Origin: Haplodiscus bocki
Lineage: Eukaryota
Direction: 5' to 3'
Assembly (NCBI GenBank): GCA_965655095.1
Contig: OZ296648.1
Span: 5,394,001 to 5,458,000 of the forward strand
DNA: 64,000 nt
In this document: positions 21,900 to 35,326 of the stretch, one piece after another
How positions within the stretch are numbered: the stretch's first letter is position 1
Layout: every line of letters starts with the position of its first letter
The notes under the pieces: model-generated
What the model saw: the letters and a program-made list of their open reading frames with translations, nothing else
What the model was told of the DNA's origin: nothing
The model's database searches: none
Translations under genes and position numbers: made by a program

Positions 21900-24800
21900 A
21901 TTGGGATAGCAAATCAAGAACTACCTGATCAGCGAATTTTTGTTCGTTTGGCCAGAGTGCTTTTCTTCACTTTCTAAAACCCGCGGTTCAACTGTGACAT
22001 GAACAAACACCTGGTTCCTCAGTTAGACGTCTATGAAAAATGAGGGATTTTGCTGGTAATTTACGGCGAACTTTCATAAGTTTTCGTTTTTCTGAGAGAA
22101 GAACCCAATTGCATGAGGAAGAGCAAAGCGAATAAGCTAGAGCGAGATGTTTACCCGATTGTGTAACCCGAGATGTGAAAATCCCAGAAACTGAAACTTC
22201 CCCAAAAAAACCAAAAACCGTTCTGCAAGGAGTTTCTTCTAAGGCCCATATTGAAAGACCAGAAGTTGTTGTTGACGTGAGTGGATAGTCTAGTGAGGGC
22301 AATGATGGGATCAGTGTTGGCAAATATTGTGCCTAGAAGTTACAGCCTTTAGTGAAGTGGAATTGAAAAAATTTGTTGAATTGGGTGAAGATTCAGTTGC
22401 TGAGGTTCTGGGCAAAAGAGAGGTGCAAGAGCAGATTACTTCTGGAAGGAAACTGTGGTGGAAATTGTTGATTAGTCAAGAGTTGGTCATGTTGTGGGTA
22501 GTTTGACGCCTGTGAAAGTCCTGGAAGAAGTGCGACGGACGTGGGTCATCGTCATTGAATGTTACTCCTGTTAGTATGCCTTCGAAACGTATTTTTATGG
22601 TATTTTTTACTCTGCATGAAGCCCCTGGAGACATACTTCATAGTTCTCAGCCTACGAAGTTCAGTGGACGTGATTTGAGGAATGGTAGTAAAACTGCGAC
22701 ATCAGTTGGAGGAGTTACTACAGTTACTAGGTGGTCAGAGATCGATTCAATGACTGCACGTTTTACTGCTGGAAAAACCGGGCCATATAGGTTGTCTGCC
22801 GGGAACGTGCACATTGAGGTGCCACCGAGGGAAGAGTTGCTTGCGCAGGAGAAATCGTCTCAGAGAACAAAGTGTTTTCATAGTCAGTCTGCGAAGACTT
22901 TGTTAAAAGACTTTGTTGAATCGAATCCACCCAACAAGTTAGACCCTGGTCATACCACCACCAGTTTGAGTGCGTATCAAATGATACAATTTACTAGAGC
23001 AGTATGGTTAGAAGTTACCTTGGAGTCATACGGGTTTTTGGAAGACTTTTTGCAACGGGCTCGAGGTGTTAGTAATTTGTGTGCCCATGATCAGCAAGGA
23101 CGGTCTCTTTTCCCTAGTGTAGCGGAATGTGCAGTAATTGATAGTGTGGCATCGCAGTCAAGATATTCGCTGCCAACTGTCTCTGGGTTTAAGGCCACAA
23201 ATGCGAAGGAGGGTGCCGCTCAAGCAGATGAAGCTCAACGGTTGGCAGTTGCTGATCAACCAGGGGGCTCATGTTCGATGGAAGCTGTCACAAAATTGTC
23301 AAGGCACGACGATATGCCATTAGCTGATATATCTTCGAAATTAAAGTCGAAGGAAAGAAGAAAATGGATCCTTTCAAATTATCCCGTGAAGGCCGTCCAA
23401 ATCCAATTCCTGTCTGTGGTAGAGACGAAAGTGGGTGGGTATTGAGTGAGGAGATGTTGCAACAAGTTCCATTGGCTAAATTGGTTGCGACTAGAAACAA
23501 AAACACGCTGGAACATCGGCTTAAATTTTAATGTAAAAGTTGCAGAGTCAATGCCTCGTTGCGTTCCTGTGGCGTTTACGAGATTAAACGGCACTACCAG
23601 ATTGCAACTCTTCTTCGGCAAGACTAGCGTTTTCTGGATCAATATTTCCCTGAGGCATTGAGGGGAAATGATGCTGGAGTGTTGCATGTTGAAAGTTGGT
23701 AGCTGAACGTGAAGTATACATGGACTCTCTTACACTCGAAATGGATCATAAAGAACCCCTTCGTTATGGTGTGGTGTAGGCAAAGCAGTTCATGTTCACA
23801 AATGAAGAAGATCGCGTGCGTTATCAGCTGCAACGATTAGCAAAGTTTCTGAAGGGGATTGGACAGTTGTGGGTGTTGGACGACGTGTGGACGCCGGTGG
23901 GGATCTTTGCCGGTAATTCCGCTGCGACATCGGATTTGAATTGGAGCAAAGAGCTTATCAGTGTAAGTTGGTTCATTTAGTCACGGTTTTGTAAATTGAC
24001 GTAGTTATGCCACTGATGTTAGAAATAACTGGGATTGTAGTGCATAAGGGTTTCCATTTCATTTAACTGGAAGTATGACGCTGGGTTTGTTACTTCAGGG
24101 AATTCTTCATCAATATTTCGTCCGTCTGTTGCTACATTTGAAAGCTGTTTTGGTCAATTGGAATTGTGCTTCATCAGATTTGTTGTGATGCGCTGCAAAA
24201 GGAGTGTAGGCTTGTGGGAAGGGAGACGGCTTCTAGATTTTGCTATGCAGCGTGTTGACCTGAACGCACCTTCAGTGTGGAGTCATTTGTCAATGAATGC
24301 AGTGTCTTTGTGCGTTGTTTCGAGGACCCCTGAAATTATTAGTAGTGGTGATGTTGGAGAGGACGTTATTAAAACTCTTTGGATAGGTGTCTTAGTTGCA
24401 AAGTGGACGTGCATTACCCATTTGATATCAAAAGCTTGCATATGCAAAACTGTTGCGAAAGCAAAGTTATAGCACGATGGGGTGCAATGATATGTCCGCC
24501 CTTTTGAGATCACTTTTAGCCCGATTGTTGGATACTTTGGATCTGAAATGGACGCAAAGCACTCAATATTTGCAAAGAGTAAGTCGTATTTGTGTCATTT
24601 GCCTTAATTGTGATGTGTGTTATGAGAAATGCGGTGTAATGTTAAAGGCTCGTGAGGAAGAAGTCCTAGAAATCTCAACTCTCAATTTGGTGGCCCAGGA
24701 ATTATATCGGCACGGAAACAATGTCTGTGATTTCAAAGAGTCAACTGGACAGAAACAAGAGCTTCAAATGGTGAAGAGGCATGTAAGTGTAATTTGAAAA

Positions 24801-25730
24801 TTTGGTTGGAAAATTTCCCTTCAGTTATGTGTTTTGTGACATGTTTCGTTTCGCCGCAAGCAAATAATTCCTAAATTATGAGTGATGTGAGTGTGCTTAC
24901 CACCGGAGGATGATTTGGAAGTCGTCCACAATTTATATTTTGCTGACAAGACATTGATGTGCTTGAGTGGCTTCTAACGAAAAACGCAATTCCGGAATTC
25001 TGTTTTGCGAGTTGCAAAATCTACTGTGGATGTGTTCTAGTGTTTGTGGGTGGGTAGCTAAGGAAATACGCACAGTTCACATCGAGGAGTACCTGCATTT
25101 TGTCAATGATTTGAGGTTTGCATATGAGGATGAGGACGGCGTTGGACCTGAAGTAGGGGATAAGATTTCTCTTTTGTCTGGTTGTCCCGAGTTGAGTCGT
25201 GAAACGAGGACTATGACTTTGTTCCGCATTAGATGTTTGTTTTTTTTTAGCATGGAAAAATGGATTTGCCTCAAGTCGACTTTGGGTCAACGACTGGGGT
25301 TGGTGACGGATCGGTTGTTTTGAGGCTCTTCGAGCCCTTGACGAAATTATTTGCTTTGAAACAATGGCGAGTTTAATTTATTTATCGATGCCTATTCAAT
25401 AATTGAACTTTTGGTGCGTTTGGAGACTTTTGCTGGAATTGCCGTTGAACCTGGTTATAGTTCGTGCACTTTTGTGGATTTCTTTGACACAGACGAAGTT
25501 TTAAAGGAACCTTTGAATTGCTATAAGGAGATACGAGTAGCTGCTGCTGTTGGAAGTGATACGCTAAATGTTTCAGCCTCCGAAGTTCTGTGCGTTGAAA
25601 GTTCTTTGCCAGCTCAACATCCAAAGTTTAATGTCAGTTAAGTCAATTCAACGGAGTCTGTGACGACTTTAGTGAAGAAAATCAGAAGTACTCGGAGTCG
25701 TTGTGGTGCCGGTTCTTCAAAATGGTGAAC
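21900..25730 (+). pseudogene. Multi-exon antisense cargo gene of element B (C2H2 zinc finger, hAT-transposase-like; decayed)
   Basis: ORFs 22555-23445, 23792-23980, 24453-24797, 24967-25323 and 25411-25641. Zinc finger CKSC-x16-H-x5-L(H) at ~23532-23610. Intron 23963-24098 (GTAAGT..TTCAG) and a further donor GTAAGT at 24783. GWVAKEIRTVHIEEYLHFV..GPEVGDKISLLS matches C KGWTRESKVEACRAEYQSCVQ..RPDESDALSFLS. Confidence 0.7.
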
Positions 25731-25885
25731 TCATTTCATTTGCTTTGGAACTGTAGCGCAGTTGTTTTTGTTTCTTATTGATTGTTATAACCCGATAGAT
25801 GTTGAAAAAAAGAAAAGAATTATTAAAAAAGAAAAAGACAGACGCTCTGTGCGCCGTCGTGTTGATTGAATACTTGGCACCTGTC

Positions 25886-28800
25886 TAATATCTTTATGAG
25901 TCTGAGAAGTTTGAGTTAGCGTTAAGTCGTTGGTTGTATTTACCTCCATGCGAAAATTTTTCAATTTGAATAGTTTCATCACCTTCATTGGCAAGAAAGT
26001 TCACTTCTGCAGATGCGGTAAAAATTGTATCATGTCGAGCATTCGAATTGTGACATGACTTTAAAGTATCGTCGTTTTCATTAGGAGCGTCACTGACTAC
26101 GCGTGTATCATTTTTGAGCCTTTATGTAACCTTGTTTTGAGTGTGTATCGGAGTGTACTTCGTCATTAACGAAATCTGATGCGTTGTTGTGTCTTTGAGA
26201 TGAAGTTTCTTTAATAATATGTTGAGTCACAACGTCTCGACTGCTTGCTGTTTCGGACGTTATAAGATCACGGTATATTTAGGGGTGACCTAAATCTGAG
26301 GGATTAGATTCTGCTTCCATTTCTATACTGTACACTTCAGCGTGAGGAAAGACAATATCGTCGTCGATTCTTAACTTTTCGTTGGTTTAGCTGTCTTCTA
26401 AGGACGTGTTCGTAGTATACTTGCGAAGTCTGATACGGTGTAAATTTTGAGTTTTGTTGGTATTAATTTTGCGAACAATGTATTTTTCGTTTGGGAACAC
26501 TTCGTCTACTACATAAGGACCAATCCACCTACAGTCTCCAAATTGTACTTTTGACCATTGTTGATATGCTTTAGGTTGCATTATGTAGAACCTTTTCTTA
26601 CAATGGCGAGTTTTTTGATTATTTTCATAACATTTTCTGTATCTGATGTATAACTGCATTACCTTTTTTGTTTTGTTTCACAAAAAGCATTGCATTTTTT
26701 TCAAAAATTTGCCCGCAAAATCTGTAGTTTGAACTAAACGTTTATCAAGTTTTAGTCCGAGTTTGCGGTTTTGTATATTGTATGGTACCCAACCTTTAAA
26801 AATTCGGTTAGGTTCACGTCCAAACTTTGTGTGATGCATTGTGTTTTGTTTAAAAAACTAGTGATAAATTCTTGTGCCATTGTTTGCGAAACTCTCTTGA
26901 CGATTTTTTTGGTGACGTCCTTATTGTGATATGCGTTCTTTCCAACACTCCGATAGTTTGTGAATCGTTTGTTGTTGCATGGCGGAGTGTGATGCCTAGA
27001 CCTTCGGCAATTTCGTGTATCACATTTGAGACAAAGATTGAGCCTTTGTCAGTTATCACTAATGTAGATAAATAGGCAAGTCTAGTCATGATGTCGGTGA
27101 TCATTTTTGCGGTGTTAACGGCAGTAGGATTAGTTAGCTGGAAGGCGAAAGCGTATCGTTGAATTACATCAATTGTTTTAATTTGACTTTCTTCTACAAA
27201 TTTGCGAACGTGGTTCGATATTGATTGAAAATAAAACTCTTATCTGATTTCTTGCATCATTTTTGAGATACCTGGATGTTTGCCTGCTTCACCATGCAAT
27301 GAATTTAGTGGTGTGTTTTTTAGTTGCACTGGTAGTAACACTTGTGGTTATGTCTTCATAAAATATAGTCTCAGATTATGATGGGGTTTTCTTTCAACAA
27401 TAATGAGTGTATCTAGGGTTTGTTGCTAATACTTGTTCGTCGAAAGTTAATCCAAACATTTGGGTTTTGTGATGAACAAGCATTGGCTCTTAATCCTGTT
27501 CAATGAGTATGCGTGGGACTTCATTGAATGGTTCCATGCTTTACATCAGGGTGTTTGTGTACTTGTCATTTTATGACAGTGTCACACGGCTATTACTGGA
27601 GGTTCCATTTGTACAATATTACGTCGTTCTTGTTTGGGTTGCCATAATTCTTCTTCAGACGGCGCTTCAGAGTCCTCTATGTGAAAAAACTGCCTTCTTG
27701 TGCTATTCCTGTTGATTCAAGGTTGATTACGATTGGTTGTGTGGGAACGTCTTCTCAGATTTTAAGGACATTTTTTTCATTTGGGATTGTTTCCAAACGT
27801 GATAGGAAATCAACAGCAGTGTTCATTTGCCAGGAGTGTGTGCTAGAGTGAAGTTGATTTGTAAAACAAAGTCACATGCATTGCATTATGGTGGTGGAAT
27901 CATTTAGGTTTGGAAACATCGTGACACTGAATTGCTATCTCTGATAATGATGAGTAGTTTTGGTGTTCCCCAAAATATATGTCCAAATACTTTAACTGCC
28001 AAACAAATCACTAAAAATTCCTTGGGGTAAAAAGACATAATTTGTGACGGCGTAAATCTTTTGGAACCATATGCTACTGGGGCATATGTTTTGCGTGTTG
28101 ACGTGAATTTATGATCAGAATCATCTCCCGTCAAAACTGCATACCTTGCGTTTTTCCTTGGGATTAATTGTGCGTCTGATTACTGCTGTCTGAGTACTAC
28201 TTGACAACATTTGTCCAAGACATCGTTAATCTCACGCAATTCATTCATCCGTTCTGGCCTGATGATGGTTTTGACTCTGTTTTATGATATTTTGAGGAGT
28301 TCAAAGAAAGAGTTTAGTCTTTCCGCTAAACGGGGTGTCTCATTTGTGGTAATAGTTCAGAAAGCCAACATACCGTTTTAGAGATTTTTTAAGGCGAGAA
28401 ATATTAATTTTTTTCCAAAAAATTCGTAATATCTTGTTTCTGTGGAGTTACTCCTTTTGAAGTTACAGTTCGTCCAAGGAAATCAGTTTTTTCCAGTTCC
28501 AAAGTGGCGGTTTGCTATGGGTAGTTTGAATCCTGCGATTTGAATGCATTTGAAAAGTGCGAAAAATGCTCGTAAGTTGATGATCAGTTGCTTGAGAACT
28601 TGAGGCAATGCCGATGTCATCGACATCTTGTGCGAACTGGTCTGCTTTGATGACATGGTCTAAGTATTCTGGTGTATAACTTGAGAATGCTCACATAGAT
28701 CTGCTAAAGCCTTGTGCTGGTCTTTGATATGCAAAATATCTGCTGGCAAAAACTAAAGCGAGCTTTTCTACAGGTTGTTCGTCTGCCATTTGTAAACAGT

Positions 28801-30720
28801 GGTACGCTCGGGAGCCATCAAGTTTCCAAAATAATTTTTACCGACATGTGATTTACAGCATCTGTCAATGTGCTGACCGGATGTTTAATATTTTGGTAGT
28901 CGTCTGATATCAGGTTGTTGTTTTTTCGTAGATTTACAAGAAGACGTGAATTACTGTTTGGTTTTCTTTTCTCGAAAATAGTGATCACGTATTTGCCGAT
29001 GTTCCAATGCTAGAATGGTATTATTGCTTTATTTATGTAAAAGGGCTGATTCTAATCTAATGTATTTTTTCAGATTCATTGAAGTTGGCAACCTCTGACT
29101 ATAAGCTGGGCTTTCATCAATAGGAGTCATTTTTAAGTGAAGTCATTTTTGATGCCAATGTCGGATCTGTGCCTTACAAATATGTCGTGGATTTCAACGA
29201 GTAAATCCTCAATTGCTTGACGTGCTTCTTTGTCCAAGTTTGAAACAGTCCAAACAAAGTGGGACAAAATTTGGTCACATTATTCTTGCTTGTCCTGTGG
29301 GTTTAGTTGTCGAAGCTTCTGTAAAGCTATCATTTCTTGGATATACGTTTCTGCATTGGTGTATGTTGAGTCTCATCATCGGGTTCCTGAGGTGTAGCTG
29401 ACCAATATGTTTCGTTAGGTTCTTCAAATTTGGGCATTTTCAATACAGAGTTTGCGTATGGAAATGCATAATCGTGATTTGTGTCTAGAAGATAACGCAA
29501 TGGTGCTAGGTTGATTGTTTCGATATACTTCGCTGGCTCTGGTGTTAGTATTGAGAAAGTAGCGATGTGCCTCACCTTTTTCAGTGTACATCTGTGTTCT
29601 GAGAAGTTGCTAATGAGTACTGTGTATAGCTTTCTTTCAGATTTTGTTAAGGCTGGGCAAATGATGAGATCGTCATTGTCTCCTAGATCAAGAGAGTGCT
29701 GTATTTTGTCTGTTACTTCATTTACTGGGTAAACTTGCAATTTGATGTAGATCACAGTTCCTTTTTCTGGTTCAATCACCATGTCTGTTGAATTTAATAA
29801 AGTTTTGTTTAGAATGGAGTGCGTGTTGTAGGTATGTTTGAGCTGCATGGAAAAGAAAAAAAAATAATTACTCCTTGACGCATGTCTAGAATGGTGATGT
29901 TCCCTTCGAAAAAAGTCAATACACATATTGGCCTTGTTAGATTGATCATGAATATGAAGCTTTCTTTGAAAAACATGTCACCAACTACTAATTGAGTTTT
30001 AATTGTTGCACTTGGTGTTTCTAAATGTTCATTCGATTCTGTTTTTTAAATTTCCGGGGTGGTCCAACATTTAAATTGTTTGCGTTGCTGACAGTTGAAT
30101 TTTCCGTAACTGTGCTTCTGAATTGGCACTTGCCAAGGCGCTTGTATCATTAAGGCCATCAATGTTTAGTTCTCTGGGACCCATCGGAAAATATAGCACC
30201 TTCCTTTTGATTTTCAACAAGGAGTTTGTTGACAAAGTACAAATTTCTTGCTTTTCCCAGGAATTGATTGAAGTTGTGGGATGATTTCTGTGTCAAGGCC
30301 CGGATTTCTACAATTTGGTGAAATTGGATTATGGGTTGATTTTAGTAAAGGTTGATTGTTGGGAAATTGTGGATTGACTGTCCATTAAAGAATCATCGCC
30401 TATCTGAGATTGTCTCATAAGTGTGAGACTGTTAAGTCATCATCTTCAATTTGTTCCGGTGATTTGTCAAAATTGTGTAAGAACTCAAAGTTTTCTTGAT
30501 CATAAAAATCATCATCCCAGTAACGGTCTCGATGATATAAATAGTCAGTAAAATGTGATTCTAATTCAACAATTACTGTTTGTGATCGAAATCATGTAGG
30601 ATTGTTTATGAAAACTGTTTTCATCTGTTGCTGCCAGACAACTGATGCGACACTTTTACACAATGTATCATATGTTCGGTAAATTAAATTAGCTGGATCG
30701 GATGTTACCTATTTTGTTGC
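25886..30720 (-). pseudogene. pol: pol polyprotein of element B: aspartic protease, reverse transcriptase, RNase H, integrase (many stops and frameshifts)
   Basis: PR LNIDGLNDTSAL (~30140-30170). RT LDGSRAYHCLQMADE..AYQRPAQG..AQDVDDIGIA (~28600-28830). RH APVAYGSKRFTPSQ..KEFL..FGHIFWG (27904-28134). IN LHGEAGKHPGISKM, VITDKGSIF..QTIGVLERTH (26850-27104) and GPY/F module WIGPYVV (26387-26659). Confidence 0.92.
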
Positions 30721-30988
30721 GGGTAATATAGGTGACCAGTTGGGTTGTGGCGACTTTAGTTTGCGGGTTTGGTTTTATAAAGTCAAAAGTCTGGTTTTCA
30801 TTTTTTCATGGAATCAGGGCAACAATAGTATGGGCACTTGTGGATTCAGACTGACTATAATCTGGACCATAAATGTCCAGACTATGGTCAACCCGAAACA
30901 TAAACATTTATGACTAAACTATGATCAGCCTGGAATCATGCTCTGTTTATTATGACAGAGTATGATCAGCCTGCTCTTGTAAGGGAGG

Positions 30989-31179
30989 TCAACCCGGGGT
31001 ATTCAATTCTGATCTAATTCAAGTTTACCATGGTAAGTTTGATTTAGATCAAAATTGAGTGCCCCGGGTTGAGCATAAATCCAGAAGCTCGTGTGGCCAC
31101 TTATAAACTGAAAATCAGAACACTGCAGTGGTGTGATTTTCAGTTTCTAAGTGGCCACACGAACTTTTGAAATTATGCT
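30989..31179. repeat. Second copy of the twin palindromes
   Basis: Matches 15972-16162 with ~2 substitutions. Confidence 0.85.
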
Positions 31180-31307
31180 ATATTTAGAGTTCTTACAATT
31201 TTTTAAGCATTCATTTAACATTTCTAAGTTAATTTTTCAACATAAACCAAGAAATAGTGCAATATTTGAACCTGAATCAAATATAACGCCTCGGGACAAA
31301 AATCTTT

Positions 31308-31391
31308 TGCTACCACTGGGATTCGAACCCAGGCGGACTTTTGTCCATTTGGATCTTATGTCCAACGCCTTAACCACTCGGCCATAGTAGC
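31308..31391 (-). tRNA. trnL-TAA: tRNA-Leu(TAA), identical copy of 16291-16374
   Basis: Same sequence, including the CATAAGA anticodon loop and downstream TTTTT. Confidence 0.85.
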
Positions 31392-32287
31392 TTAAAATTT
31401 GGTTAGGTCAATCAATGTTCCAAATCATATATCTGAATCTCATTATACATTTTACATCATTCAGTTACGCATTTTTTGAGACCAGTCGAATTTATGCACT
31501 TTACGTAAAGAGAATTATGAGCACACTCAAAAGCAATTGTGTGCTGAAAACGTACGTTTCAAATTTTAATAAAAGTTGAAGATATACTTAAAGAAAATAC
31601 AGTAAGGTAAGAAAATATTAGATCCCTTTGTTGGGAGTTTATTGGTAACTACAATTGGCAAGATCGAGATTTCGCTTACCAGTGTTGTCGAACTGATACT
31701 CAGGTGCACTTAAATTAGAGCTGGTACCTTCCATTGGGTAATAATTCGGATGTAATGCTGTTGCCATTCCTCGGACAAACCGAGCCAAATCCTGTAGCTG
31801 TCTCGTGAGGGGTGCAAGGAAACATTTAATCTGCTCATCGACTTCCTCTTGAGTTATTGTGTGGATTACAGGCCCTTCATCTTCGTTAGCCTCAGGCGTT
31901 CATGACGGGACTACCTTCGGAGCTGCTGTTTTCGCTCATAACTGTTTGTCAAGCGAGTATCCGTGCGCGTTACGGCCCGTGTCGGTATCCGCCCTTGGGT
32001 AATGATTCGGATGCGATGCGACCAATAATATTTGGACGAGCCGAGTCAAATCTTCTGGCTGTCTCGCGAGTGGCGCGATGAAGCTCTTGGTTTGTTCATT
32101 TACTTCTTCTTGCGTTAAAGTGCAGACTTCGGGCGCTTCGCTTTCGTTGGTGTGAAAGTTAGGTGTTGAGGCCGGGAAGTCGCCATCATCCAAGATTTCA
32201 ACATTACGAGTCTCATCATTTCTGTCGTGATCAACGTTTAAATCTATTAGGTTGGTAATATAGGTGACCAGTGGGGTTGTGGCGACT

Positions 32288-34010
32288 TTAGTTTGCAAGA
32301 TTCTTTAGAATAGATGTCGGTGCATTTTGAGTTGACGTTCCTGGTTTATGACTTTCGTCTGTGGAATCCTTACGAGTTTCAGTTTTGTGCATTTTGGTTC
32401 TGTTAGCCGCATTTGAGCCATTCCAGCACATATCTGGCGTATGATTACTTCTCTGGCAGTGCGGACAATATAGGAATTTTTTTGACTTTTGTTTTTCGGT
32501 ATTTTGCTTTTCATATTGTCGTTCCTGCTTCTTACGAATGCGTTTGAGGCATTCTTTGATAACACGGCCTGCTTATTTGCAGTATCGGCATAATATTTGC
32601 AGTTTTTCTGAGTTCTGTGGTTGGTTTTGCTTTCTTACTATTTTTGTTGTAGTTGCCATGGTGGTTATTGCTAGTTCTCAATCTGTTTCCAACACGATAA
32701 TTTCAAGTTCACGCTCTGGGTGTGCAAAAATTCGAGCATAGATGACATTTTCTAGGAATGCAACGTTGATTGAACGTTTAAGGTGTGGGGTTGTCCTGCC
32801 TATGGTAAACTGACTATCATTTGTTTTGCAAGAAATCCAACAGCTTGCTCGGCACATTCATTTTCTTCATCGAGGAAATCTGGTATTGATTTCGTGTTTG
32901 AATCGAAAGTGGGTTTATGCCATTTGCTGTGGCTTGTGATTGTGGTCTAACGTTCATTCGCCAGAATTTGAGGAGTACAAAATTGATTTTTTGTTTTTTT
33001 TTGTGGCATTCATGTTTCTAAATGTTTGTAATGCCTCTTTCGGAAGTTGTGGATGGAAATGGTTTATTTTCTTTGATTCTGACTTCTCCTGGTTGCTTTT
33101 TCAGCATACTTTGAAAAAAGTCTTCGAACTTGTCAAACTTGAATTTTTACCATCCAAGATCAATATGTTCGTTGTTGTTGGCTTCAATATTGCTGAAGAC
33201 TTTTGGAATCGTTGTTGGGATGCAATGCCTGAGATTGCAGCAGCAAATTCCCTGACGGGGTTGCCCGATTCTGAGTTTTATCTCTGCGGTGTTTGTTCAC
33301 CATTGTCAATGTGCTGTAGGATGCAATGTGTGTTGCCACATTTGGCGATTGTGTAAAATGATGAGGCAATGGGTTGTTTTGAGTTTGAATTCGTCCTTTG
33401 AAATAATCAGGGATAAAGTTTTGTGGGGCAACAACTTCTGTCATCATTTGATGAGCGTCCCTTCGGCGGTTATAGTTAGGTCCTTTTACCGTATAGTCGG
33501 TATCTTTTTATTTTGCAACTTTACAAGTCTCATCCTTTCTATATCGATCAACGTTTAAATCTTTTCGACTAGAGCCCGACATGAGAGGGGTTTCTTTAGT
33601 ATTCAATGTGATCCCAGCAATCCCCCTGATCATTTATTTGGACCACATTGTTGGGTCCCCTTTCTGATGACTCGGTGATAGATCTCACGGCTATTTCATC
33701 TCTCTGCATTACCAAATTGTTCACCACCATCAAAATTGCGCCAAGCATTACCTTTTTCACAGCCATAACAGCTCTATCAACCACATTTCTGATTTCGTCG
33801 ACAATTTTTTTTCCTTGACTCGATCCTGACATACACCATCTCCGTTCGCTGTAAACCCTTCAAAAATATTAGAACTACTGTTGGGTTGGGGTTCGAAGAT
33901 CTCATGCCCTATTGCACCTGCATTGGTATCATTACCAATGGCAAAATCGTTTACAGTTTGATTCAACTGACTAATCTGTCTTTTGTATCGGAGTGTCTTC
34001 TTTCCTTCAG
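32288..34010 (-). pseudogene. gag: gag of element B (starts within the 5' LTR; frameshifted)
   Basis: Close homolog of 17271-18990, with CCHC knuckles near 32420-32590 and a PBS-like TGATGACAGAAG directly after the LTR end at 33447. Confidence 0.85.
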
Positions 34011-35326
34011 AATCTATGTTGTGTAAAAATTTAAGAAGGACTCAAAGTCAAAATCAACAGAGTGAAACAACAATCAAAAGTATCAAATTTTATATTTGAT
34101 GTGAGTTATGGATACAAAGATCAATTGTTTTAACTAATGACCAAATTGAGTCATCAACTGTCGAGTAGAATAGTCGAGGATATTAATGATTTTCCTTTTC
34201 TTGACTTCGGGCAAAGGGGAACTGACGGTCTTGTTCTCTTCTCGTCACCCAATCAAGTTCTCCCGAAGGTGACGTTGTATTTGAAACATTAACTAAAAAT
34301 GTAACTTTAAGTGGAAAACTACCGCCATAATCATGACATCATATTTACATGTTTCGAAAAATAACATGAGCATTCTGAATATAAGTCAACAAAGAAAAGA
34401 ATACCTCCTTTGCATGACATTCGGAAAAATTATCAATGGCTGTGATGGTGATAATATATGTGGAGGAAAGGGCTTCATCTAATTTACATGCACAGATAAA
34501 ATTTTGTAAATAAGATGGCTTCATAATCTCTTGTATAAGACATATTTATGAATTAGCACAAATTGAGACTGATTAGGGGTGGTTATTATTTATGTCGAAA
34601 ATAGTTAGTGTGACGTAATTTTGATTTTAGTCGTAGAGTCCTGTACATTAATTCTCAGTCATTGTAAAATAGTAGAGGAAAACGTTTAAATGATTTCCAA
34701 AAAAAAAGATTTTTATGTAATTCCGTGAATAATTCAACATCAGTGGAAGCCTAAGATCACTGTTAGCTAATTTATTGTACCGCCGTCTTTTTTAATGCTG
34801 TTTTTTGCATCAATTTACCCGTCATTGGGTTGAGATTGACAGAAGTTCTGAATGGTAGTGCGGCGGAGGAACTAAAGCCTTGGCTGCCGTCGGCGACGTC
34901 AAAAGCACTTTTTCTGACATGATAAGTTAAAGGCGCTTGTTCTTTTTCAACGGTTAGTCAGTGTACCGTTAGCCAATCAGAATCTGACGGAAGAGCGAAA
35001 AATATTATAATATGAGACTACACTGAATTCGTTTCCTTCTTTGCGCTCAAGTTTGCTTCTTTTAGTGATATTTGTATGGATTTATATCTGACATAAAATA
35101 TAACATATTAGCTTCATAGGCTCATAAACTTATACATTCTCGTATAGGTCGTAAGGTACTCACAAATATAGAAATTTCTCGAAAAACTTCATTTCTGTGA
35201 ATGTATTCATAAGTGTACCTTAGTTTTGATCTTGGAACAGTGGCAAAACGTTTCGTTGGTGTTCCCCGCAGGTGTCTTCCTTGTCGTTTTGATATAATAT
35301 GCCGTAACAGGTGGCAGCATGTGACA
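33447..35326 (-). repeat. Upstream (5') LTR of element B
   Basis: Starts TGTCACA; homology to 18429-20285 stops at about this point. Confidence 0.65.

Larger units (their letters stand above)
18429..35326 (-). mobile_element. LTR retrotransposon 'element B' (Ty3/gypsy; LTR-gag-[insert]-pol-antisense gene-ORF3-LTR), decayed and rearranged
   Basis: Homologous LTRs at 33447-35326 (starts TGTCACATGCTG) and 18429-20285 (starts TGCCGCAAGCTG). The domain order PR-RT-RH-IN is diagnostic of Ty3/gypsy. Confidence 0.8.
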
